Origin: an uncultured Gammaproteobacteria bacterium
GTDB taxonomy: Bacteria > Patescibacteriota > Microgenomatia > Levybacterales > UBA12049
Assembly: GCA_964391315.1 (NCBI GenBank)
Contig: CAYMJR010000003.1
Coordinates: 64,542-128,541, forward strand
DNA length: 64,000 nt
Direction: 5' to 3'
Positions 1-9,628 of the stretch are shown in pieces. The position numbers were made by a program, and so were the translations under genes. Below the pieces are notes generated by a model. The model made no database searches, was not told the DNA's origin, and saw nothing but the letters and a program-made list of their open reading frames with translations. The first letter of the stretch is position 1; each line of letters begins with the position of its first letter.

Positions 1-7
1 TAATCGA

Positions 8-97
8 GGAGGGATCGCATAGTGGACTAGTGCGCACGCTTGGAAAGCGTGTATGACCGCAAGGTTATCGGGGGTTCGAATCCCCCTCCCTCCGCCA
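8..97 (+). tRNA. tRNA-Ser (anticodon GGA), CCA encoded
   Basis: Hand-folded cloverleaf. Acceptor GGAGGGA (8-14) pairs with TCCCTCC (87-93). Anticodon stem CACGC/GCGTG with loop TTGGAAA. Long variable arm (class II). T-loop GGTTCGAATCC. Discriminator G94, then CCA 95-97. Resembles E. coli tRNA-Ser(GGA) as I recall it. Confidence 0.93.
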
Positions 98-144
98 GTT
101 TTTTACTTGACTTTACTCAACAAATCAATCACACTAAAATCACT

Positions 145-2448
145 ATGCGCAATCTGTCCCGCGTGTTTTTTCGTTGTTTGAGCCTCAGTCTCATCTTCAT
201 TTTCTTGTTGCCTACTTTTATCTCCGTAGCTCATGCCCAGACACCACCTCCTGCTGCTTATCAATTGGCTTCGCCAAATTTAGATCCAGATGTCCCCCAA
301 AATCAACATACATTTATTCAGTCGCTTTTTCTTGAGATGCTTTTGGCTGTAGATTGTCAACTGACTGGAATTGACCTTACTAATCCTTCTAAATCCTGTC
401 TTGGGCTAGATCTTAAAACAGGAAAACTTGGCTATGCACCATCTGATCTTTCCCAACAAAGTAGTCCTCAGATTGGCGGCCTCCTGGGAGTTGCGACGCA
501 AGGAATTAGCTCAATGTATACACCAACATTTGGATCCCATGAATATTTCAGTTACCTCTCAGATAACTTTGGCATTGTGAAACAAACACATGCAGCTCCC
601 TATACTGGCTTTCAGGGCCTACAACCTGTACTTGCGCTTTGGAAAACAACACGCGATATCTCATACTATCTGCTCATTGTTGCTTTTATTTTTATTGGCA
701 TCGGCGTGATGCTGCGTCTTAAAATTGACCCGCGAACAGTGATGACAGTACAAAATCAAATTCCCCGCGTGATTATCTGTATTATCCTGATCACCTTTTC
801 TTATGCTTTTGCAGGACTGATGATTGACGCAATGTGGACTGTGACATATATGGGTATCAACAAACTCACTGATACTGCAATTACTAATCCTCTAACAGTA
901 AGTAATACCGAACATCTCAATCAAACTGCAACAAAGGATGTCTTGAGTACTCCATTCGGTTTTGTTATGGATACTTTTCAGGCTCCTGGTGGTCTTAACG
1001 GTTTGGCAAACATTGGCTGGGGAGTAGGACAAGCACTTGGAAGAGTTGAATCAAGTGTTATCATTAGTCTCATTTTCGGCAATTCATCAGCAAGTTGTGG
1101 TTGGACTAACTTACAAGGCTGCATGCAATCTGTTTTAGGATGGATCTTTGGTTTTCTTTGGATGTTTATTGTTGCGATAGCTCTCTTGATTTCTCTATTT
1201 CGTATTTGGTTTGAGCTTCTCAGAGCTTATATTATGGTACTTATCTACGTTATCCTTGCTCCAATTTGGATTGTCTTTGGTCTATTACCAAAACGGCCAC
1301 TTGGCTTTGAGAGATGGCTTCGTGTTTTCTTTGCCAATTTAGCTGTCTTCCCTGCCACTGTCCTTCTTATTATTGGCGCACGAATACTTCACGAGCTCTT
1401 TAATAATTCAAATGTCTTAGGAATATCTACTGTTAGAGATACACCCGCTGTTTTACAAGCAGCTACGCAACTCCAATATCATTTTGTTCCTCCTCTTGTC
1501 GGTAATCCTGCAGAGAATAGCTTTGGGTCAATCCTTGAGTTTGGTGTATTCTTGATAACACCAGGAATTTTGAGTACTCTCCGTGAGAAACTCGGCGTAC
1601 CTCCAAACAAACAAGTGAGTCAAGGACTGCAAACATTTTCTGCAGCACGAGGAGCTGCCGGCGCACCTGCCAAGCAGACCATGAAGCACTTGAATAAACG
1701 AGATCAATATGGGAATGCTGTTGGACCTCTCGCTGTTGCGAGCGATAGAGCAACAAAATGGACAAGTCATAAAGTAAGTAAAGTCCCAGGTCTTTCTCTC
1801 TTTAGTAAGTCCGTAGACCAAAAAGATTGGCAAGCGCAACATTATGGCTCTATTGTCGGTTACGATAAAGCAGCACAAGATTATAAAACTGCACGCAATG
1901 CAGAAAAAGCAAAAGGTAAAGGTGCGCTTAAAGACTTTGACGACAAACATAAAGGAAGTGTTACAAATTGGGCACAAGCTACCGGTTGGTCCCAAAATAA
2001 TGGAGCAGTCAATCCTCCACACATTCCACCAACAGGAGGAGCGCCAACAGGAGGAGCACCAACAGGAGGAGCACCAACAGGAGGAGCACCAACAGGAGGA
2101 GCGCCAACGGGCGGAACACCACCAACAGGGCAGATGCCATCTGGTAAACTTACTATTAATATAAAAGGCCCTGGTGGAAAGGAACAATCAGTAACACTTC
2201 AAGGGAGAACTGATGTTGTCCGTGATTTTGTGATACCACACCTTCCTGATGAGAGTACTCCAGAAGGACAAGCAGCACGAGCAGAAATGAGGCAACATGC
2301 GGCTGATCCAGAATCTATGTTTAGCAAACATTTAGAGGACCTCACTCCAGAACAAGCTACTGATGTAGAACATTTTGTTAACAAATGGAATCCATCAGGC
2401 TCACATGGATCTGAGACAGGAGGAGAAGCTTCGGGAGGAACTGAATAA
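145..2448 (+). CDS. TrbL/VirB6-like polytopic membrane protein with C-terminal PTGGA-repeat tail
   Basis: ORF track 40..2448. Start moved to ATG 145 because codons 40-97 overlap tRNA-Ser and [31 protein letters not shown] reads as a signal peptide. Several long hydrophobic spans ([87 protein letters not shown]) precede a ~300-aa hydrophilic tail. Topology and neighbourhood suggest a VirB6/TrbL role; there is no motif-level proof. Confidence 0.5.
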   Translation: MRNLSRVFFRCLSLSLIFIFLLPTFISVAHAQTPPPAAYQLASPNLDPDVPQNQHTFIQSLFLEMLLAVDCQLTGIDLTNPSKSCLGLDLKTGKLGYAPSDLSQQSSPQIGGLLGVATQGISSMYTPTFGSHEYFSYLSDNFGIVKQTHAAPYTGFQGLQPVLALWKTTRDISYYLLIVAFIFIGIGVMLRLKIDPRTVMTVQNQIPRVIICIILITFSYAFAGLMIDAMWTVTYMGINKLTDTAITNPLTVSNTEHLNQTATKDVLSTPFGFVMDTFQAPGGLNGLANIGWGVGQALGRVESSVIISLIFGNSSASCGWTNLQGCMQSVLGWIFGFLWMFIVAIALLISLFRIWFELLRAYIMVLIYVILAPIWIVFGLLPKRPLGFERWLRVFFANLAVFPATVLLIIGARILHELFNNSNVLGISTVRDTPAVLQAATQLQYHFVPPLVGNPAENSFGSILEFGVFLITPGILSTLREKLGVPPNKQVSQGLQTFSAARGAAGAPAKQTMKHLNKRDQYGNAVGPLAVASDRATKWTSHKVSKVPGLSLFSKSVDQKDWQAQHYGSIVGYDKAAQDYKTARNAEKAKGKGALKDFDDKHKGSVTNWAQATGWSQNNGAVNPPHIPPTGGAPTGGAPTGGAPTGGAPTGGAPTGGTPPTGQMPSGKLTINIKGPGGKEQSVTLQGRTDVVRDFVIPHLPDESTPEGQAARAEMRQHAADPESMFSKHLEDLTPEQATDVEHFVNKWNPSGSHGSETGGEASGGTE
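2029..2118 (+). repeat. 15-bp in-frame tandem repeat, 6 copies (CCAACAGGAGGAGCR), encoding (PTGGA)n
   Basis: Units counted by hand at 2029, 2044, 2059, 2074, 2089 and 2104. The first five differ only at the last base; the sixth is diverged (CCAACGGGCGGAACA). Confidence 0.95.
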
Positions 2449-2477
2449 CGTATCCTAATAAATCTGGTAGATAGTTA

Positions 2478-5474
2478 CTAACTAGTGGCGCTCTTAAGGG
2501 ATTCCTTAGCAATAATACTAAACATCTTACCAATACCAAGCCCATCTTTGTCTGTTTTATCAAAAAGACTACTAAGCCACCATTTGAGATGGAATCCAAA
2601 TGGTCCAAGATCAACGCCAAGGACAACACCATTCAATGCCCTCTCCTTCAACCACGCGATATCCTCATCAGAAAAGAAATGTTCTTTAGCATTGACGCCA
2701 TATTTTTTTAATTCATCAATTTCGATATTTTTGCCTAAAATACCATTTTTCAATGCATCAATCGCATTGAGATAAAATACAGGACTGAGTCTAAGATCCG
2801 TGCTAAACATTTGTTGATGCCTATACATATCAGCAGCAATTTCAGTCAAAATGATTTGCTTTACGGCTTGAAGTCGTTGTTCAGCTGTTTGAATTTTATT
2901 AAAATCTATCTCATGAAGACCATTATGTTTGATATAATTTCCATTTTTATCCTGCTTCCAGAAGTCCTTACGATTTAGCTCGTCATACCCAAATACCAAC
3001 ATGCCAAGCTTACAATCTCGCCATTCTGCTTTTCCTGTTTTTGGATTGATAAATTGTCCACGCACGTCTTCATTAAAATTAGTATATTTATACTTTTTCC
3101 ACATATCCCGGACTTTACCAATCAAATCCCCCTGGATCTTTTGGATAAATTCCTGTCTTTCAAAACGGACACCTCCAAACGAATCAAAGTGAACAAACTT
3201 CCCAAAATCAATTCCTTCTCCTTTCATGACACGATTCATCCAGGTAAGACCTGGCTCCAAATGAACAGTAACATATTCACGTTGCGCATTCTCCAAGAAG
3301 TTAATCTGACCAACCTCATTCTGATACGTACTGTTAAACTCCTTTGTTCGCTGATCTAATTGCCGCATGATTCTCTCTTTTTCTTCAGGATTATCAACAG
3401 CCCGAAGCTCAAGATCCATAATGTTCAACACTTGCTGCTGATCAGTTCGAAGCTTATGTAAATCTTGTAAGGCTTCCAAGATAGATTTTGATCGTTCTCC
3501 AATATATCTTCCATAGTCATCATATACTGCTACTTTCTGTTCTGTGGTAATTGCCATCATCGGAATAATCGCAGCGGCCATATGCTTACCAAGTGTCAAT
3601 TCATTTCCATACGGTTTACCTTCACCTCTTGCGTATTTACGTCTGTTTGCATCAAGATAAAAGAACTTGCCCATCGCATCATGGACAGAAGGATTACCTG
3701 CATCATCATTTCTTGCACCTCCCCCCATGAGGCGGTTAAAGAACCATGCTTTTGCTTCAGTAAGTGACATACTCACTTCTACATTTTTCGCATGAATATT
3801 TAAGTTATATTTATGAGCTACTGAGTGAAGGATTGCGCGACGGACAATGAGTTCCAAAAACGCGTCAGGTAAATTGGTTGTGAAGAGGTTGATAAACTGA
3901 GTAAATTTCTTTCTATCTTTCAGTTTTCCTGTTTGGTCATCAAATGCTTCATCAAAAAGTTTTGCACGATCCGAAGACAAAATCGTGCTCCCACCAACAC
4001 CTTTTGCCATGCGCTCTCCAGTAACTTCTCTAATTGCGTCAAGAATACCATTTCTCGTAAAAAACGATGAGTCAGCACCAAGCACATTTTGTAATGCAGT
4101 AAAATCACCAAGATTATAATAGGCAAGCACCATTTCCACCCATGCGCTTCCGAGTTTGTTATCACTTAATGTTTTCCCTTTATTTTCGCCTGTTCTTCCT
4201 TCTCGGAAATCGAGCATATCTGACGCCAATTTCTGGATCAAATTTGTGCGGAAACCCAATTTAGTCAGCGGATTCATATAAGTCATTTTCTTATATTCCT
4301 CGACAAACACTTTCTCATCACTCATAGCCTGTCGATAATGGATATCCTGTTCGTAAAGGTTTTGGAATTGATTTATTTCCCACAAGACCTGTAACCACAA
4401 TTTTTGATATGTTGTCTGTCCGTCTTCACTATTAAATAGTTTCCCTCGCTGCTCAAGCATGCCGTCAAGAGTAAGCCCTGCAAATTGCTTACGAACTATA
4501 ATTTCATGTCCGAAATTAACAGGAGTATTTGGACCCTTAATATCATACAAATCTTCAACTTCTGTTCTAAACCAGAAAAGGAAATTCGATTCATTAATAT
4601 AATATTTTCCCCAACTTTTATCACCATGCTTCATATCTTCCTCCCTCTCCTCTTTTGTTTTCAGTCGTGCCTCAAGCAAAGCGAATTTGGCTCCAACCTT
4701 CCATGTGCTTGGGCTACCACTACCTCCAAGTCCCATTTGCCAAGCAAGCCCTTCAATACTATCAGGATCCAACTGAAACTCTTGCGAGTCACGAAGAGCC
4801 CTCCCAAAGATAGTACGGGTGGCACTCTTTTGTAAAAGAGGAAACACGTTTTCAAGAACTTGCTGTTGCCAGGCTCCTCCTCCATATCTTTGGTTCTCTG
4901 CACTGTTTAATATATCCTGATTTTCTGAAATGAGCTGAGAAGCTTCTTGTGAATCATATCCTGCCAATAACAGCGCATCAATAGTACGCGCAACCTGTTC
5001 ATCGGAGAACTTCAGCTTCTGCTTCAACGTCTGTTCAATACTTCCTTTTTGTTCAGTTTGCCAGCCATGTTCCTCCCAATCAGCTTCGGTAAATTTTGTT
5101 AGGTCAGTTACTTTACCGATAGGTGGTTTTTCCGTAATCTCTGCGTCTCTTGAGAGCTCTGCCATAATTTTTTCAAGTTTTTTTCCTGCAGCTCCATATT
5201 CAAATTCTTCTTTCTCTCCATGATGCTCTTCTTTATGTGGATCATTACCTCTTTGTCGTGATTGTTGTGTATTCTCTGGATTGCGGTTTGCTCGTCTCTC
5301 AGATCTTCTCTCTGTAGTATCCCCAGGCCGCGTACCATTCGAAACAAGAATATTGATTACTTGACGAACAGCAGATGTTAACGGGGTCCCTTCTCGCAGC
5401 ATATGCTGTTCCCATTCTTGACGAAGTTCATCTTGCTCATTTCTTGAATTTGTTTCTCCTGTTGGCTCTGACAT
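2478..5474 (-). CDS. hypothetical protein, 998 aa, no recognisable domain
   Basis: Single uninterrupted 998-codon frame. SD-like AGAGAGGA lies 8 nt upstream of ATG 5474 on the minus strand. Charged low-complexity N-terminus. No P-loop or clear TM helices seen. Co-directional with, and 85 bp downstream of, the ATPase-wHTH gene. Confidence 0.75.
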   Translation of the reverse strand: MSEPTGETNSRNEQDELRQEWEQHMLREGTPLTSAVRQVINILVSNGTRPGDTTERRSERRANRNPENTQQSRQRGNDPHKEEHHGEKEEFEYGAAGKKLEKIMAELSRDAEITEKPPIGKVTDLTKFTEADWEEHGWQTEQKGSIEQTLKQKLKFSDEQVARTIDALLLAGYDSQEASQLISENQDILNSAENQRYGGGAWQQQVLENVFPLLQKSATRTIFGRALRDSQEFQLDPDSIEGLAWQMGLGGSGSPSTWKVGAKFALLEARLKTKEEREEDMKHGDKSWGKYYINESNFLFWFRTEVEDLYDIKGPNTPVNFGHEIIVRKQFAGLTLDGMLEQRGKLFNSEDGQTTYQKLWLQVLWEINQFQNLYEQDIHYRQAMSDEKVFVEEYKKMTYMNPLTKLGFRTNLIQKLASDMLDFREGRTGENKGKTLSDNKLGSAWVEMVLAYYNLGDFTALQNVLGADSSFFTRNGILDAIREVTGERMAKGVGGSTILSSDRAKLFDEAFDDQTGKLKDRKKFTQFINLFTTNLPDAFLELIVRRAILHSVAHKYNLNIHAKNVEVSMSLTEAKAWFFNRLMGGGARNDDAGNPSVHDAMGKFFYLDANRRKYARGEGKPYGNELTLGKHMAAAIIPMMAITTEQKVAVYDDYGRYIGERSKSILEALQDLHKLRTDQQQVLNIMDLELRAVDNPEEKERIMRQLDQRTKEFNSTYQNEVGQINFLENAQREYVTVHLEPGLTWMNRVMKGEGIDFGKFVHFDSFGGVRFERQEFIQKIQGDLIGKVRDMWKKYKYTNFNEDVRGQFINPKTGKAEWRDCKLGMLVFGYDELNRKDFWKQDKNGNYIKHNGLHEIDFNKIQTAEQRLQAVKQIILTEIAADMYRHQQMFSTDLRLSPVFYLNAIDALKNGILGKNIEIDELKKYGVNAKEHFFSDEDIAWLKERALNGVVLGVDLGPFGFHLKWWLSSLFDKTDKDGLGIGKMFSIIAKESLKSATS

Positions 5475-5559
5475 AGGCTTTATCCTCTCTTTATCATATC
5501 GTTGTCATAAATCTAACACAATCCCTTCGTGTATACTTTATAGAAACGTGACAAAACAA

Positions 5560-6888
5560 TTACAAAACAAATTTAAACCCTCTTCCCTTTACGGTTTGAA
5601 GGTGAATGGGGTTGTTGGCATCTTCTTCAATTTTCCTTCGAAGGCGAAAGATCAGTTGATCAACAGCCTGATCGGTAATCCCTGCAGTTGATTTGTTATC
5701 TCCCCAAACTGCATCAATCAACTCTTCCCGCTCGACAATCCGATCTGGATTTTGCAGCATAAATCGAAACAGTTTAAACTCCGATGCTGTCAGTTTGTCT
5801 GAGACAATTTCATCACCTTTTTTAATTGTATTCGTGTATTCATCATACCTGATGTTTTTTTGTCCTGTTTGCTGTCCACCTACCTGTTCATGGATAAATT
5901 GCTCAAAAAGTGGAATCTGAATTCTGTTCTCATGCAGCATGCCAACTGCCTCAAGATAAGAGACAGCCTCACGATCATCAAATTGCAGTTTGAGAAGTGT
6001 CTGTTGTTCAGAAGGAGTAAAAATTGACCATATTTCAGAAAGCGCACCGGTAATTGTTTTCTGTTGTAAAAGAAATTCTGCTAAATTCCGCTGTTCTTGC
6101 CCATATGCAAGCACAGCTTCAACAGAAAGTTTGATCAACCGCCCCATACCACCACTCAGACGTTCAATTTCTTCCAAAACTTCTTTTGCAATTTTTTTAC
6201 CAGTTATTTTTTCAATATAGCCGACACGAAATTCTGTCGCTGTGGTATCAACAAGAGGAAGATAGACGACATTTCCTGCAACAAATTCATAAAAGTCAGA
6301 AAGCACCGATGCCTCAAGAAAATTCTCAAGCGGTCGGTATACAGAAAAAATCACTGAAAATTTGTATTTTGCACGATTTCGAAGAACTCGAAGATTGGCA
6401 AAAAATGCATCTGTCACCATCGGGATGTACTCTTCAAACCTATCAAAAAGGAGAACAACCTGAATATTTTTTTCAAGACAAAGATAATCTATTGCTTCTT
6501 TAAACCCTTGAAATAAAATCAGTTCATCATTAAATTGTAAATGCTCTCTGAAAATATCTCCTACCGCCTTATGTTCGTCTAGCATTTTTCTCTCTCGCAA
6601 CGATTCAGTAACGTTAAGAAAAAGAAACTTCATGACATCAAACAGTGGCCGTTTTCTGATTTCAGAAAAATTTGCCATCACAAAATGCACTGCCTTATGA
6701 TGTTCCCCAAAATGTTTCATACGTACTTGCCTATTATTTGCTAACAATGACAGCAATGTCGAACGCCCTGTTCCTGGCAGACCAATAAGCTGACAAGAAC
6801 CGCCTTCTCTGACAAAATCGAGCAACTTGGTAATTTCTACAAGACGTGTTGTCTCAGGATATAATGATTCAAAAGAAATATCAGACAT
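5560..6888 (-). CDS. P-loop ATPase fused to C-terminal OmpR/PhoB-type winged-helix DNA-binding domain
   Basis: Walker-A-like GLPGTGRST (Arg where Lys is canonical). Walker-B-like VVLLFDRFEE. The C-terminal ~75 aa follow the trans_reg_C pattern (LTASEFKLFRFML..REELIDAVWG...VDQLIFRLRRKIE...IHLQTVKGRGFKF). No receiver domain. Confidence 0.75.
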   Translation of the reverse strand: MSDISFESLYPETTRLVEITKLLDFVREGGSCQLIGLPGTGRSTLLSLLANNRQVRMKHFGEHHKAVHFVMANFSEIRKRPLFDVMKFLFLNVTESLRERKMLDEHKAVGDIFREHLQFNDELILFQGFKEAIDYLCLEKNIQVVLLFDRFEEYIPMVTDAFFANLRVLRNRAKYKFSVIFSVYRPLENFLEASVLSDFYEFVAGNVVYLPLVDTTATEFRVGYIEKITGKKIAKEVLEEIERLSGGMGRLIKLSVEAVLAYGQEQRNLAEFLLQQKTITGALSEIWSIFTPSEQQTLLKLQFDDREAVSYLEAVGMLHENRIQIPLFEQFIHEQVGGQQTGQKNIRYDEYTNTIKKGDEIVSDKLTASEFKLFRFMLQNPDRIVEREELIDAVWGDNKSTAGITDQAVDQLIFRLRRKIEEDANNPIHLQTVKGRGFKFVL

Positions 6889-6976
6889 ACATCTATTCTA
6901 CGTTTTCTCTCTTGTTTGAGCAACCTCTCTCGTCAACGCTCTTGTAATTTTAATGAAACCATAGTAGGCTAACCAT

Positions 6977-7300
6977 ATGAGTTCTCTTTTGTCATTTACC
7001 TTTGGCGGTCAACAAGTAACCGCACCATCAGGATTCCCATCAGGAGGTATCTCGGACTTACAAAAATACATGAATAACTTTTTGACAATTTTTATTATCG
7101 CAGGAATCTTTCTTTTAGTTATCTATATCGTCTGGGCTGGCATACAATGGATAACTTCTGGTGGAGATAAACAAAAAATCTCAACAGCAAGGAGTAGATT
7201 AACAGCTGCTGTAATTGGACTTATTATCATTCTTCTTGCCACTGCTATCGTCAATGCCGTTGGATACTTCTTTAAAGTCAACTTACTCAAGCTCAGCTAA
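6977..7300 (+). CDS. TrbC/VirB2-like T4SS pilin paralog 1
   Basis: 107 aa with two TM helices flanking the shared motif WAGIQWITSGGDKQKISTARSRLTAAVIGLIIILLA. No classical signal peptide. Confidence 0.7.
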   Translation: MSSLLSFTFGGQQVTAPSGFPSGGISDLQKYMNNFLTIFIIAGIFLLVIYIVWAGIQWITSGGDKQKISTARSRLTAAVIGLIIILLATAIVNAVGYFFKVNLLKLS

Positions 7301-7364
7301 TGCAGGATAAAATTGGTCCTTGACAAGAATAAAAAAAGTATCATATGATGAATATTAGAAGAGT

Positions 7365-7787
7365 ATGAAAAAACTTTTTACAACAGTAACCGGAGCAAGT
7401 GCAGCAATCGCAACTTATCTTAGTCTTGCCCTTCCAGCAGCAGCACAGGTTTCAGTAAATCCTTGCCCAAATGGCAATACAGGAGGTACAAATTTTAACG
7501 TTCTTTGTACACTTACTGCAAATAATACAGGTTCTATTATTGCTTCTGCTGTCACAATTCTTCTTATCGCAGCTGCATTAATTGCACTCTTTTTCCTTAT
7601 TGTTGGAGGTATTCGCTGGATCACTTCAGGTGGAGATAAATCAAAAGTTGAATCTGCACGAAACACAATTATTGCATCAGTTATCGGTCTTATTATTGCA
7701 CTTCTTGCCTACTTCATCATCACTGTTGTCCTTGGACTGTTTGGACTTTCTCTTACCAACCTCACGCTTCCAAAAATTGTGAAATAA
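7365..7787 (+). CDS. TrbC/VirB2-like T4SS pilin paralog 2
   Basis: Signal peptide MKKLFTTVTGASAAIATYLSLALPAAAQ. Motif GGIRWITSGGDKSKVESARNTIIASVIGLIIALLA between two hydrophobic helices. Confidence 0.75.
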   Translation: MKKLFTTVTGASAAIATYLSLALPAAAQVSVNPCPNGNTGGTNFNVLCTLTANNTGSIIASAVTILLIAAALIALFFLIVGGIRWITSGGDKSKVESARNTIIASVIGLIIALLAYFIITVVLGLFGLSLTNLTLPKIVK

Positions 7788-7834
7788 ATTTGTAACTCTT
7801 GCTTTTTTTGACGAATATTTGTTAGTCTACATAT

Positions 7835-8239
7835 ATGAAGTTCTCTATTTTATTGTTCTTATTTTTCAGCTTGATATTATTATCTTCCCCACAACCTGTT
7901 CATGCTGCTTTTTCTTGGAATTGTTTTGACAACAGCATTCTGGGAGCAAATGACGTAGCAACGGTAAATTGTCTACCAGTAGTTGTTTTGAATGTAACAA
8001 ATGCATTTCTCTTATTTGGTGGTGCTGTTTCCCTTTTTATTATTGTGTGGGCTGGGATACGATATATTACCTCAGGTGGAGATGCAAAGCAAATGAGCAG
8101 TGCTCGCTCTATGATAACGTATGCCATCATTGGGCTTGTTGTTGTCCTCTCTTCCTATTCCCTGCTTTTCTTCATCGGTTATGTAACAAAAACTTCAAAT
8201 TGCATCACCAACCTCACTACACTTACAACTGGATGCTAA
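7835..8239 (+). CDS. TrbC/VirB2-like T4SS pilin paralog 3
   Basis: Signal peptide MKFSILLFLFFSLILLSSPQPVHA. Motif WAGIRYITSGGDAKQMSSARSMITYAIIGLVVVL. Four Cys: two in the N-terminal ectodomain and two in the C-terminal tail. Confidence 0.75.
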   Translation: MKFSILLFLFFSLILLSSPQPVHAAFSWNCFDNSILGANDVATVNCLPVVVLNVTNAFLLFGGAVSLFIIVWAGIRYITSGGDAKQMSSARSMITYAIIGLVVVLSSYSLLFFIGYVTKTSNCITNLTTLTTGC

Positions 8240-8327
8240 AATAGCTCTTCTTTTCACGACTAGCCTCAAACTTTGACCTACTTTGTTAGGGTTGCAATCA
8301 GATTTTTCACGTTATACACTTTTTGAG

Positions 8328-9623
8328 ATGGACAATCATCCGATACCACAAGATGTTACAGGATTTCAATTCAAATTGATTGGAAGCATGACAATCAAAC
8401 AATTTGGATATGTTCTCGCTGGTGTAATAATAGCGGCAATTTTATATTATCTTCCTCTTAATTCTGCCATTGGAATACTGTTTAAAACAATTTTTATCCC
8501 TCTTATAGGAAGTAGCGGATTTGTTCTTGCGTTTCTTCCCATCGAAGGAAGACCCGTTGATGTAATGATTGGCAACTTTATGAGAGCTCTTTTGGCACCA
8601 AACCAATTTGTCTATCAAAAAACAGGAAGACTTTTTAGTTTTTCATCAATTCCTGCATCCAGACCTGCTATAGCAAAACCCCAGGCACATCCCCAGACGA
8701 AAACGAATGCTGACAAAACACAACAACTGCAACAATTACTGAATGCCTCTCATACACAGAAACAAAATGCACTTGATATGAAAGAAGCAACATTTTTACA
8801 AGCTTTCTCTTCTCCTGCAGTATCTACTGCTAAACAACCAGTCGCACAACCACAACCTGTATTGCAACAACAACCTATCCAACAACCTATCCAACAACCT
8901 ATCCAACAGCAACGTGCTTTACCACCAACTCCACAAACTCCTGAGCAAACACAGAATACACTTGAAAAGCAAGAACAAGCACTAAATCAACAATTGCAAC
9001 AAGCTAAAAAAGAAGAACAAATCCAACAAGCTCGTGGTGCTACATCTGAAGCCCATCAAAAGGCACTCATGCTTGAGAGACAAGTCCAAACCCTTCACTT
9101 CCAGAGACAACAACTCGAAGAGCAATTAGAGTATTTAAAGAAACAATTGTCTGCACAAAAAGAGGCAGTACACCCTGCAGCTCCAACAACGCCAACAACT
9201 ACAACAACTACTGCCCCAGCAGCACCTGCCCCTGCTACTGTTCCTCTGCAACAAACAGCACAACAATCAAAGGCTGTTCCTCAAAATACAGTGAATAAAG
9301 TTGGTCTCCCTCACATACCTGATACGCCAAATGTCATTGCTGGAGTTGTCCGAGATCCTCGCGGAAATGTCCTTCCGAATATTCTTGTTGAAGTAAAAGA
9401 TAAAGATGGTAATCCAGTTCGTGCATTTAAAACAAATGCACGTGGGCAATTTGCGTCCGCAACTCCATTAACTCCTGGTAACTATACTGTCGAGCTCGAA
9501 GATCCAAAAAAACAAAATACTTTCAGTATTATTCAACTTGCAGCCACAAACCAAATCCTTCTCCCAATTGAGATTGTTTCACATGATGCACGAGAGGAAT
9601 TAAGAAAACAGCTTTTTAATTAA
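8328..9623 (+). CDS. PrgI/VirB3-like membrane protein fused to Q-rich coiled-coil and carboxypeptidase-regulatory-like beta-sandwich domain
   Basis: ORF track starts at TTG 8283; the first ATG is 8328. The N-terminus IPQDVTGFQFKLIGSMTIKQFGYVLAGVIIAAILYYL plus a second TM fits the PrgI family pattern. Middle section is Q/P-rich (QQPIx3) and heptad-like. The C-terminus IAGVVRDPRGNVLPNILVEVKDKDGNPVRAFKTNARGQFASATPLTPGNYTVELE fits the CarboxypepD_reg pattern. Confidence 0.6.
   Translation: MDNHPIPQDVTGFQFKLIGSMTIKQFGYVLAGVIIAAILYYLPLNSAIGILFKTIFIPLIGSSGFVLAFLPIEGRPVDVMIGNFMRALLAPNQFVYQKTGRLFSFSSIPASRPAIAKPQAHPQTKTNADKTQQLQQLLNASHTQKQNALDMKEATFLQAFSSPAVSTAKQPVAQPQPVLQQQPIQQPIQQPIQQQRALPPTPQTPEQTQNTLEKQEQALNQQLQQAKKEEQIQQARGATSEAHQKALMLERQVQTLHFQRQQLEEQLEYLKKQLSAQKEAVHPAAPTTPTTTTTTAPAAPAPATVPLQQTAQQSKAVPQNTVNKVGLPHIPDTPNVIAGVVRDPRGNVLPNILVEVKDKDGNPVRAFKTNARGQFASATPLTPGNYTVELEDPKKQNTFSIIQLAATNQILLPIEIVSHDAREELRKQLFN
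8868..8903 (+). repeat. 12-bp perfect tandem repeat x3 (CAACAACCTATC) encoding QQPI
   Basis: Three identical units counted at 8868, 8880 and 8892, in frame within the CDS. Confidence 0.95.
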
Positions 9624-9628
9624 TTACT

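Noticed and set aside
40-144. N-terminal 35 codons of the 802-aa ORF (MESVYDRKVIGGSNPPPSAS...).
   Set aside because: These codons are the translation of tRNA-Ser (8-97) and its trailer. A proper signal peptide begins at ATG 145.
1528-2187. 219-aa minus-strand ORF rich in Cys/Trp repeats ([14 protein letters not shown]), and the 106-aa plus-strand alternate-frame ORF 1844-2164 ([10 protein letters not shown]).
   Set aside because: Both are alternate readings of the 15-bp PTGGA repeat inside the much longer VirB6-like CDS. These are repeat-induced frames with no independent start signals.
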